Program-made: the position numbers and the translations under genes
The notes under the pieces: generated by a model
Databases searched by the model: none
Seen by the model: only the letters and a program-made list of their open reading frames with translations
What the model was told of the DNA's origin: nothing
Shown: in pieces, positions 18,561-26,628 of the stretch
Numbering within the stretch: the first letter of the stretch is position 1
Layout: each line of letters opens with the position of its first letter
Origin: Hydrurus foetidus
Taxonomy: Eukaryota
Length of the DNA: 64,000 nt
Assembly (NCBI GenBank): GCA_900617105.1
Contig: UYFQ01000005.1
Coordinates: 186,001-250,000 of the forward strand
Reading direction: 5' to 3'

Positions 18561-18854
18561 GGGGTCAGGTTTTGCATTGCCGTATACGTTTTTGTTTTAA
18601 CCATCTAATTTGATAGCTTGATACGCAGTATTCATAAGTTAAAAAGCTTGTTTGATGGTTAAAAATGACTGTTTTAGCGGGTTTTTGGCACCCAAATGCT
18701 CCAGCATTGGTTATGAGCCATTTTCAAGGGCATTCAGAAGATACTGAAGGACTTTAAAAATGCATTAAATGGGTCTATAGACCTTGAAAATACTGCATAG
18801 ACAGTTACTAATTTTGATGAACGAATGGTGAAAAATTGCTGCATTGCAAGACCT
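18561..18854. repeat. REP-bounded non-coding element (REPIN/MITE-like); right REP split by IS110
   Basis: Left GGGGTCAGGTTTTGCATTGC; right GCATTGCAAGACCT joined to GACCCG at 20134 is its inverted copy. Confidence 0.65.
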
Positions 18855-20133
18855 CGTATATTCAATCCGCCGAGCAGTTAAGCTTGAATTGTTTGATTGA
18901 ACAGGCTGGGTCGGGAGAGGCTGGCAAGACTTTGAGCATTGAAGCTCGTGGGTCAGATAAGTCCCCCGATCCATTATTCGTTCCATCAAAGATCGAACGG
19001 TAACTTGGGCCGCTGCCTTGTGCTGGTGAGCCCGCATACGAGGTGGATCATGAATGGTAACGAAGCTCCTGAATCAAGCATTTTGGCAACGACTGACGTG
19101 CATGTGGGTATCGATGTATCCAAGCTCAAACTTGATGTCGCACGCCTGCGGCATGGGAAGTTTCGAAGCAAGGTGTTCAGTAACAATGTTGCAGGGTTCA
19201 AAGCACTTGTAGCGTGGCTACTTGAAGATGGCGTGACGCTCAGCCAAGCGCACCTGTGTTTAGAAGCCACAGGCCCCTACAGCGAAGCATTGGCCGTTTG
19301 GCTGTGTGATGCTGGATGGCGAATCAGTGTGGTCAATCCAGCCCGTGTGAAGGGATTTGCCCAAAGCGAGCTGACACGGAACAAAACTGACAAAGCAGAC
19401 GCCGCCTTGATTGCACGGTTTTGCGCCGCGCTTGCGCCCGAACCATGGTGCCCACCCAGCATGGCCATTCGCCAGCTGCGCAGCTTGGTAGAGCGGCTGC
19501 AAGCGCTCAAAGACATGCACCAGCAAGAAGTTAACCGCATGGAAGCTGCTCATGCAACGGGCGACAAGCTAACGCAGACCTACATTCGCGAGCATGTGGT
19601 CTATCTGGAGGCCGCGATCAAGACACTGCAAAAGGCCATTGACGACCACATTGCGGGCGAGCCTCAATTGCACAGTGATGCCCAGTTGCTCGCCAGTATC
19701 CCAGGCATAGGGGCAGTGACGCTTGCCAAAGTCATGGCTTATGCTGGCAATGTTGAGCGTTTTACCAGTGCAAAGGCCCTCAGTGCTTTTGCCGGTGTAT
19801 GCCCTCAGCAACGGCTGTCAGGCACCAGCGTAAAGGGGCGCAGCATGATCAGCAGGCGTGGGCATGAGGATTTGCGCCGTTCGCTGTACATGCCTGGCAT
19901 GGTGGCACTTCGTTACAACCCGCTGGTTCAGGAAATGGCGCTGCGCTTGAGAGCAAAAGGCATGGCCCCCAAGGCCATCATTGCTGCGGCGATGCATAAA
20001 TTGCTGCATTTGATCTACGGCGTTTTGAAAACGCGCAAACCGTTTGATGCGAACTGGGCTAAAAATACCGCCACCTTGATGGCAGATTCCGTCATTTTTT
20101 CAGTCAGAACTGTTGACTTTCAAGACGGTATCT
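18855..20133 (+). mobile_element. IS110-family insertion sequence (IS621-like)
   Basis: CT core at 18853-54 and 20132-33; removal restores GCAAGACCTGACCC; circle junction forms TTGACT-17bp-TATATT. Confidence 0.9.
18861..19049 (+). ncRNA. IS110 bridge RNA (approximate limits)
   Basis: LTG GCAAGAC 18924-30, RTG GGGTCAG 18950-56, LDG ACGGTAACT 18997-19005 and RDG ATACGAG 19036-42 match target and donor halves and sit in two stem-enclosed loops. Confidence 0.8.
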
Positions 20134-20135
20134 GA
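19050..20135 (+). CDS. IS110 DEDD recombinase/transposase
   Basis: GIDVSK, LEATG, KTDKADA, SIPGIG, QRLSG (catalytic Ser); GAGGTGG RBS. Confidence 0.95.
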   Translation: MNGNEAPESSILATTDVHVGIDVSKLKLDVARLRHGKFRSKVFSNNVAGFKALVAWLLEDGVTLSQAHLCLEATGPYSEALAVWLCDAGWRISVVNPARVKGFAQSELTRNKTDKADAALIARFCAALAPEPWCPPSMAIRQLRSLVERLQALKDMHQQEVNRMEAAHATGDKLTQTYIREHVVYLEAAIKTLQKAIDDHIAGEPQLHSDAQLLASIPGIGAVTLAKVMAYAGNVERFTSAKALSAFAGVCPQQRLSGTSVKGRSMISRRGHEDLRRSLYMPGMVALRYNPLVQEMALRLRAKGMAPKAIIAAAMHKLLHLIYGVLKTRKPFDANWAKNTATLMADSVIFSVRTVDFQDGI

Positions 20136-20200
20136 CCCGATAACTTCTTCATAACTTCTGGTTCAAACAACCCTCAATTGACCGCATCACGGGTGGTTCA

Positions 20201-20285
20201 GTCCAACATGGTTTATCCCCCGCGTTCAATGTTCTCGCTCTTGGCTGGCCTTTGTGGCACGGCGGATAAACGCTGATTGTTAGTT
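20201..20285 (-). other. attC-like site
   Basis: R'' AACTAAC overlapping the stop, R' GTTGGAC, inverted GTTTATCC/GGATAAAC; spacing not canonical. Confidence 0.6.
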
Positions 20286-20789
20286 TTGTTTTTCGTCTGC
20301 ATTCAAGTTATTAGGCAAAGCGGTATAATGTCGTTCAAGGTTTTCAATGCCTGCATTAGAAATATATACCACCAACTTTCCAACTTCTGCGTGTGCAGCT
20401 TGAATTTCTTTGAAATCAGATTCAGCTTGACTTGAAAGAGCAGTTCCGCCCATAAGAACATGTCCGTCACAATCAGGATTTCGCCTTATATCTCCGGCAA
20501 ACTTCTTTACAGTGTCGGGAGATAGCTTGCTTTTAGTTGTCTTAACATCAATTCTTGTTTTTACTCTTGGGGCTTCAGACAAGTTTGGCGATTGCTGATC
20601 TCCTCCTGCTGCAACATTATCTAAATACTGCAGTAAACCCTTGGGATGCTCTATCACAAGATCAGCACCGCCATCAGCGGTATTGGTGTTTGTATGACGA
20701 GTAATATCGCATTTTTCTTCAGTTTCAAAAATATGTGAGAGTAATCTAAGTGCTCTCATTTCACCGTCTTTCCCTTTATTTGTGCTCAT
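20280..20789 (-). CDS. Cassette ORF, Mrr-like restriction-endonuclease fold protein
   Basis: GE..A, DGGADL, IDVKT motifs; AT-rich. Confidence 0.65.
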   Translation of the reverse strand: MSTNKGKDGEMRALRLLSHIFETEEKCDITRHTNTNTADGGADLVIEHPKGLLQYLDNVAAGGDQQSPNLSEAPRVKTRIDVKTTKSKLSPDTVKKFAGDIRRNPDCDGHVLMGGTALSSQAESDFKEIQAAHAEVGKLVVYISNAGIENLERHYTALPNNLNADEKQN

Positions 20790-20795
20790 ATTCCA

Positions 20796-21254
20796 TCACC
20801 CTAACTTCAGTACAACAGAGGTGTCACTGCTATATTTATTATTCTTTAAATTAAATATGTTAATGATGTTAGTAAGGGTTCTAAAACGGTTGATTGAGTC
20901 GTCCATATCGCTTGATTTGATATGACCAGAATTTTTTGGGAGCAGGTTTCTTGAATCCCGAAAATCTTCTTTATTAAGTAGTTTTTCCCTATCTGATTTT
21001 AAAATTGACAAAAATATATATTCCAACCTCTTGATAGCTCCTTCAATATCAGAGTCATTGAAGCACTCTATTAAATAGTGGCTTTCAGAGCCTATCATTT
21101 CAAAGACTTTTTTTTCTATTAGAGGGTAATTAATTTGTAACTCACCAAGTAAAGCTGGTGTAACAAAAGCCGTTTCAATTAGAACGGATTTTTTCTCATA
21201 TAGCTTTCCATCGCTCGCTGACTCGTATGCAACGAGATTAATGCTTTGTGACAT
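20796..21254 (-). CDS. Cassette ORF, hypothetical protein (first gene after attI)
   Basis: 152-aa AT-rich ORF with AGAGG RBS; 6 bp from the next gene. Confidence 0.65.
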   Translation of the reverse strand: MSQSINLVAYESASDGKLYEKKSVLIETAFVTPALLGELQINYPLIEKKVFEMIGSESHYLIECFNDSDIEGAIKRLEYIFLSILKSDREKLLNKEDFRDSRNLLPKNSGHIKSSDMDDSINRFRTLTNIINIFNLKNNKYSSDTSVVLKLG

Positions 21255-21287
21255 TGTTTACCTCTTTGTCTGAGAATGATTCCAAAA

Positions 21288-21312
21288 ACCTAACTTCTAT
21301 GTAGACGAGCGT
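21288..21312 (-). other. Putative attI (core GTTAGGT at 21294-21288)
   Basis: GTTRRRY core between the first cassette and the divergent intI start; no attC stem. Confidence 0.6.
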
Positions 21313-21450
21313 CTATCCTGGGATTCCCAAGCTAGACGACGAAATAAGCTGGCGGATGTGGGAACTGATGCAACATCCCGAGCAGCGCAAAGCCGTTTGC
21401 AGCCTTGGATTGAAGGCTGTACACGGCATAAAAAAGTCTCGGTAAAGTCC

Positions 21451-21582
21451 ATGAATTCCGTCTCCTATATTCCTCAATTACCCCGGTTGCTAGACCAGCT
21501 TCGTGAGGTCTTGCAGTTCAAGCACTATAGCTTGCGAACCGTAGAAGCTTATGCACAAGCTGCACGCTGGGGACAGGTCTGA
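21451..21582 (+). pseudogene. intI: Truncated integron integrase (N-terminal fragment)
   Basis: PRLLDQLREVLQFKHYSLRTVEAY matches the IntI N-terminus, then stops; no catalytic domain. Confidence 0.85.
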
Positions 21583-21696
21583 ATACTGTTCGGTTAAGAC
21601 ATTTTTCCGTGAACGAGATATCTTGTAATCTATTGATTTATATAGAAATTTCACTTCTAAACGAACAGTCTTGAGACCTGAGCCTGTGGACTGACC

Positions 21697-21857
21697 CGGG
21701 CTTGTGCAGGGCGATATAGGAAGTGAAGGCTTGACGTACCCATTCTGCCCGCGAAATTTTTTGGGCTTGGTAAATGGTATGAAAGTTTGATACCAAACTG
21801 AACACCACAAACAAGGTAACAATGAAGCCACCCTCCATTGAAGCGCAAGGACTGACA
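21697..21857 (-). pseudogene. Degenerate second copy of vapB and promoter (direct repeat copy 2)
   Basis: Translates AQKISRAEWVRQAFTSYIALHKP; about 70 bp including the start are missing relative to copy 1. Confidence 0.8.
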
Positions 21858-22588
21858 TGATCGAAAAACACTTGGACATCCCCACCGCTGACGGTGCCAT
21901 GAACACCTTTGTGGTCTACCCGGAAGAAAACGGGCCGCACCCTGTGGTGCTGTTTTACATGGACGCACCGGGCAAGCGCGAAGAGTTGCACGACATGGCG
22001 CGGCGTTTTGCAGCCGTGGGCTATTACGTGATCTTGCCCAACTTGTACTACCGCAAATCGCGCGATTTCTGGTTGAAGGAACGCACCGAAGCCGGTATGG
22101 CCGAGATGTTTGGATACATGGCGACGCTGGACCGCCAAACGACCGAGGTGGACACCGCTGCGCTGCTGCAATTTGCCGACGCACAGCCCGAGGCCAATGC
22201 CTCGCGCATCGGTGCAGTGGGCTACTGCATGAGCGGCCCGTTTGTGATGTGGGCGGCAGCGGCCTTCGCTGGCCGGATCAGCTGCATTGCTTCGATCCAC
22301 GGTGCGGGCATGGCGACCGATGCGCCGGATTCACCGCACTTGATGGCCCCCAAGATCCAATGCGAGGCTTACTTTGCCTGCGCTGAAATCGACAAGTGGG
22401 CACCTCCAGCGGACATTGAAAAACTGGCGCAGTCTCTGAAGGCCGCAGGAACGGCCCACCGGATCGAGTGGTATCCGGGGGTGGAACACGGTTTTGTATT
22501 CCCCAACCGGGTGGGCATCTTCAACCTGGCAGCCGCAGAGCGGCACTGGGAAAGAACGTACAGCCTGTTTGCACGCACTCTGCGTTAA
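21857..22588 (+). CDS. Dienelactone hydrolase family protein
   Basis: GYCMSG nucleophile motif, YPGVEHGF. Confidence 0.9.
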   Translation: MIEKHLDIPTADGAMNTFVVYPEENGPHPVVLFYMDAPGKREELHDMARRFAAVGYYVILPNLYYRKSRDFWLKERTEAGMAEMFGYMATLDRQTTEVDTAALLQFADAQPEANASRIGAVGYCMSGPFVMWAAAAFAGRISCIASIHGAGMATDAPDSPHLMAPKIQCEAYFACAEIDKWAPPADIEKLAQSLKAAGTAHRIEWYPGVEHGFVFPNRVGIFNLAAAERHWERTYSLFARTLR

Positions 22589-22632
22589 CACCAAAATTAA
22601 CGCCAAAATTAGCACCAAAATTAACGCCCAAA
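22585..22632 (+). repeat. Intergenic 12-bp tandem repeat, 4 copies
   Basis: TTAACACCAAAA, TTAACGCCAAAA, TTAGCACCAAAA, TTAACGCCCAAA. Confidence 0.9.
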
Positions 22633-22643
22633 GCACCTCTCCC

Positions 22644-23057
22644 ATGCAAAGCCTCTTCCACCTCGCCTTCCACGTTACCGATCTCGCTGCTGCACGCCGC
22701 TTTTATGGCGACACCCTGGGCTGCGCGGAGGGGCGCAGTACCGGTACCTGGGTGGATTTTGATTTCTTCAACCACCAGATTTCACTACACCTGGGCGAGC
22801 CGTTCAAAACGACGCGCACAGGACGTGTCGGCGAACACCTCGTGCCCATGCCGCATTTTGGGCTGGTGCTGCAACTCGCCGATTGGCAAGCACTGGCGGC
22901 GCGGCTGCAAGCGGCAGCCATTGAATTTGTGCTGCCGCCGCAGGTGCGCTACCCCGGTGAGCCAGGGGAACAGTGGACGATGTTTTTTTGCGATCCGTTT
23001 GGCAACCCGATAGAGATCAAGGGGTTTGCGTCGCTGGCGGGTTTGTACGCGAGCTGA
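22644..23057 (+). CDS. VOC/glyoxalase family protein
   Basis: FHLAF..DL..ARRFY, PHFG, DPFGNPIEIK. Confidence 0.88.
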   Translation: MQSLFHLAFHVTDLAAARRFYGDTLGCAEGRSTGTWVDFDFFNHQISLHLGEPFKTTRTGRVGEHLVPMPHFGLVLQLADWQALAARLQAAAIEFVLPPQVRYPGEPGEQWTMFFCDPFGNPIEIKGFASLAGLYAS

Positions 23058-23059
23058 GG

Positions 23060-24097
23060 TCAGCTCAGCGCCACCACCTCTTGGTCAATCGCGCCGAAGA
23101 CGCTTAAGCCGTCGCGGCCCTTCACCTCGATGCGGATGGTGTCGCCGTACTTCATGAACTCGGTTTTGGGTTTGCCGTCCTGAATGGTCTCGATTGCCCG
23201 CTTTTCGGCGATGCAGCTGTAGCCTTTAGGCCAGTCGGTTTTGACTTTATCGCCCTTGCCGCCCTTGGTCTCTGTGCCCTTGTTGCTGACCGTACCGCTG
23301 CCAACGATGCTGCCTGCACGCACGTTGCGGGTTTTGCAGATGTGGGCGATGAGTTGGCCAAAGTGGAAGGTCATCTCGGGGCCTGCGTCGCACATGCCGA
23401 CTTTGCGGCCATTCCAGGTGCTCTGCACGGTGAGGTGCAGGCGGCCTTTGTCCCAGGCGTTTTCGCCGTTGAAGACGAATTCATCCAGCGTGACGGCGAC
23501 CGGGCTGAAGGCCGTGGCGGGTTTGCTCTGGAAGAAACCGAAGCCTTTGGCCAGCTCGTTCGGGATCAAATTGCGCAAGCTCACGTCGTTGGCCAGCATC
23601 ACCAAACGGATACCGTCCAGCGCTTGTTCGGGGCTGCTGTTCATGCGCACATCGCCGGTGATGACAGCAATTTCGGCTTCGAAATCGATGCCAAAAGCCT
23701 CGCTGGCGCAGACGATGTTGTCAGTCGGGCCAATGAAATCATCGCTGCCGCCCTGGTACATCAGCGGGTCGGCGTAAAAGCTCTGCGGCACTTCACTGTC
23801 GCGGGCGGCGCGCACCAGCTCGACGTGGTTCAGGTAGGCCGAACCGTCCGCCCACTGGTAGGCGCGGGGCAGAGGGGCCATGCACTGCTGGGGGTCGAAT
23901 GTGAAGGCGTGGCGGGCTTTGCCGTTGTTCAGGGTCTCGTACAGGTCTTGGAGTTGCGGGCTGATGAAGCCCCAGTCGTCGAGCAACTGCTGCATCTTGG
24001 TGGCGATGCCCGTGGCGTAGTGGGCGGTGCTGAGGTCGCGTGAGACGACGACCAGTTGGCCGTCGCGGGAACCGTCTTTGTAGGTGGCAAGTTTCAT
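23060..24097 (-). CDS. Fumarylacetoacetate hydrolase family protein
   Basis: MKLATYKDGSRDG, DFEAE, NDVSLR, GSGTVSN. Confidence 0.9.
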   Translation of the reverse strand: MKLATYKDGSRDGQLVVVSRDLSTAHYATGIATKMQQLLDDWGFISPQLQDLYETLNNGKARHAFTFDPQQCMAPLPRAYQWADGSAYLNHVELVRAARDSEVPQSFYADPLMYQGGSDDFIGPTDNIVCASEAFGIDFEAEIAVITGDVRMNSSPEQALDGIRLVMLANDVSLRNLIPNELAKGFGFFQSKPATAFSPVAVTLDEFVFNGENAWDKGRLHLTVQSTWNGRKVGMCDAGPEMTFHFGQLIAHICKTRNVRAGSIVGSGTVSNKGTETKGGKGDKVKTDWPKGYSCIAEKRAIETIQDGKPKTEFMKYGDTIRIEVKGRDGLSVFGAIDQEVVALS

Positions 24098-24282
24098 GGT
24101 GTCTCCATCTTGAGGGGCAGGCGCGTTGAACGAAGCAGAATCATCACGGTAGCTTGATGCCATTTGCATGGCATCTTGCATCTTCATTGAAATTAATGTC
24201 ACAAACGACGTCACTGGAAATTTCGTTTAGTTAAATTAATTCCTCTAATCGAAATTTTAGCAGAACACCGACAATCACGGGT

Positions 24283-25065
24283 ATGGAAAAAACACGCGCA
24301 GGCATTCAATCGGTCGAAGTCGGCTTCACGCTGTTAGAGGTGTTGGCACAAGCACGCGGGCCACTGATGCTGCGCGACTTGGCCGCCGCAGCAGGCATGA
24401 GCGCGGCCAAAGCACACCGCTATTTGGTGAGTTTTCAGCGCTTAGGCTTGGTGGTGCAAGACAGCGGCAACACCCGTTATGACCTGGGGCCGGCGGCGCT
24501 CAAGTTAGGGCTTGCTTCTCTGGCGAGACTTGACAGCATGAAGTTAGCCCGCGAGCGGGTGCCCACTTTGCTGGAGCAAGTCGGCCACCACACGCTGGCG
24601 TTAGCGGTCTGGGGCAACCACGGGCCGACCATCGTGCATTGGGAAGAATCACAACTCGCCGTCACCGTTAACCTGCGTTTGGGCGACGTGATGCCACTGC
24701 TGTCGTCCGCCACAGGCCGCTGCTTTGCCGCCTATGCCCTGCCCGAAGCGATTGCCTCCATGCTGAGCGCCGAATTGGCGCAAGCGCAGAAATCAGCCCG
24801 CAGTGACCTGCCTCAAACGGCAGAACAATTTCAAACCGTGTTGGCCGATGTGCGTTCGCGGGGCTTGGCGCGGGTGGTGGACACGCTGCTGCCCGGCATC
24901 GTCGGGTTTTGCGCCCCCGTGTTTGATGCTGACCGGCACATGACGCTGGGCTTGGTGGTGCTGGGGTCAGCAGCCACACTGGACGTGGCGTGGGACGGCA
25001 GTGTGGCCACAGCGCTGAAGGCAGCGGCGGCGCAGTTGTCTGACGATTTGGGGTACGCCGCATGA
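24283..25065 (+). CDS. IclR-family transcriptional regulator
   Basis: IQSVE..L, HRYL, Y.LG, SATG. Confidence 0.9.
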   Translation: MEKTRAGIQSVEVGFTLLEVLAQARGPLMLRDLAAAAGMSAAKAHRYLVSFQRLGLVVQDSGNTRYDLGPAALKLGLASLARLDSMKLARERVPTLLEQVGHHTLALAVWGNHGPTIVHWEESQLAVTVNLRLGDVMPLLSSATGRCFAAYALPEAIASMLSAELAQAQKSARSDLPQTAEQFQTVLADVRSRGLARVVDTLLPGIVGFCAPVFDADRHMTLGLVVLGSAATLDVAWDGSVATALKAAAAQLSDDLGYAA

Positions 25066-26183
25066 ACTGCCCACCCTCGCTGCCACGCCGAACGCTGGTG
25101 TTGCTGATAGCTTCTGTATTGATAGCACACACTGCCCTTCTGATGGGTGCTCCCAGCGAATTTCGCACCAAACCTGCACCGCTGACGGCGTTCACCACAC
25201 GGGCCATCGCAGCGCCGTCTGCACCATCCGACCCCACCACCGCTGCTGCTGAAGAAGCTCCTGCGCCCCTGACCAGCGCATTACCCGTGGCCACGGTACG
25301 GGCCAAACCACGGGCTGTGGCGCACGCCCCGGCACAACGACCCCAGCCTTTGCCTCAGCCTGCCACAGCCCACACCCCCTACAGTGATTCAGTTCTAGAG
25401 GTTGATCGCCCGTTACAGCATACAGACAGTGCATATATAGCTACAAATTACGTAGCGGATGGCGGAAGCAATGGCAGCAACGCCAATAACATCACTGTCA
25501 GCACCACAGCCAAACCCAGCACCCCCGGTAGCCACGCCGCCGCCGTGCGCCTGCCCGGCTCACGGTATTTGCAGTACGACGTGTCCGGTGAGGCCAAAAA
25601 ATTCCCCTACAGCGCCAGTGCCGATCTGCTGTGGACGCAAGACGGCAGCAGCTACACGGCACGCTTGGCGATCACCGCGTTTTTGCTGGGTTCGCGCATC
25701 CAAACCAGTGCCGGGCAGTTGACGGCGCAAGGCCTCGCCCCGCAGCGCTTCAGCGACAAGCTGAAAACCGAAGTCGCCGCGCATTTCGAGCGCGACAAAG
25801 GCATCGTCAGCTTCAGCGCCAACACGCCGGACGCGCCACTGCTACCCGGTGCGCAAGACCGCCTGAGCGTGCTGCTGCAACTCGGCAGCCTGCTGGCCGG
25901 TGCGCCCAAGCGCTACCCGACGGGCAGCAGCATCAGCATCCAGACCATCGGGGCCAGAGACGCTGACGATTGGCGTTTCACCGTGGGCGAAGAGCAAACC
26001 CTGGCACTGCCCGAAGGCGAGCACAAAGCCCGCAAACTCAGCCGCATCCCCCAGCGCGAGCACGATGTGCGGGTGGACGTGTGGCTGGCGTCTGACCTCG
26101 CTTACTTGCCCGTGCAGCTGCGTTTGACGCAAGACAGCGGCGACTTTGTGCAGTTGCAGCTGAAATCTGTAGCAACGCCTTGA
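25062..26183 (+). CDS. DUF3108 domain protein
   Basis: Pro/Ala linker, GAQDRLS, DVWLA...YLPV. Confidence 0.75.
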   Translation: MNCPPSLPRRTLVLLIASVLIAHTALLMGAPSEFRTKPAPLTAFTTRAIAAPSAPSDPTTAAAEEAPAPLTSALPVATVRAKPRAVAHAPAQRPQPLPQPATAHTPYSDSVLEVDRPLQHTDSAYIATNYVADGGSNGSNANNITVSTTAKPSTPGSHAAAVRLPGSRYLQYDVSGEAKKFPYSASADLLWTQDGSSYTARLAITAFLLGSRIQTSAGQLTAQGLAPQRFSDKLKTEVAAHFERDKGIVSFSANTPDAPLLPGAQDRLSVLLQLGSLLAGAPKRYPTGSSISIQTIGARDADDWRFTVGEEQTLALPEGEHKARKLSRIPQREHDVRVDVWLASDLAYLPVQLRLTQDSGDFVQLQLKSVATP

Positions 26184-26308
26184 AAAGTTAGCCATTTGTA
26201 GCCTTCAACCCGTCCCAAAAGCCCGCATACTGGGAGCAGGTTGAAAAAGACTTGAATTCTTAGGCAAACCATCCATCTAAAAAGCAGAACAACAGAAAGA
26301 AGAACACC

Positions 26309-26614
26309 ATGCAAATGCTTTACGACTCTGAATCTTTTGTGGTTGTGCATGTGCAAACCGACCAGCCTTCACTGATGGGCAAAAACGACCTGCTCGAAGA
26401 CAACGAAGGCCGCAAACTCCCTGCGATGGCCCGCCACGGCTTTGAGATCGTGGACAAACGCTCTGGCAAAGAGCTGTACCTTGATGGCTCGTGGGCTGAG
26501 ATGTTCCAAATGCAAATCATCGCCTGGCAAAAAGACACCCCGACGCAAGAAGAGGTAGAAGACACGCTAGACCGCTACTCCGAATTGGCGCAAAACCCGG
26601 TGGTCATGCACTGA
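26309..26614 (+). CDS. DUF3567 family conserved betaproteobacterial protein
   Basis: MQMLYDS, GFEIVDK..KELYLDG. Confidence 0.75.
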   Translation: MQMLYDSESFVVVHVQTDQPSLMGKNDLLEDNEGRKLPAMARHGFEIVDKRSGKELYLDGSWAEMFQMQIIAWQKDTPTQEEVEDTLDRYSELAQNPVVMH

Positions 26615-26628
26615 AACAGCGTGCAGCC

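Larger units (their letters stand above)
16351..21582 (-). mobile_element. Decayed chromosomal integron: cassette array on the minus strand with a divergent truncated intI
   Basis: intI N-terminal fragment, attI-like core, several attC sites, co-oriented mostly AT-rich ORFs. Confidence 0.85.

Noticed and set aside
18771..18780. GGGTCT at 18771-76 as an alternative IS110 left junction (would restore GGGTCTGACCC)
   Set aside because: Gives no good -10 at 17-bp spacing and does not match the LTG or RDG guides; the 18853-54 core satisfies all of these
21417..21432. Possible LexA box upstream of intI (CTGTACACGGCATAAA)
   Set aside because: Right half lacks CAG; at best a decayed site
21691..21697. 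CTGACCC (IS110 target right half) at the edge of repeat copy 2
   Set aside because: Left half does not match GCAAGAC; a 7-mer match is plausibly chance
22585..22632. CRISPR array
   Set aside because: Contiguous 12-bp units without spacers; no cas genes in the window
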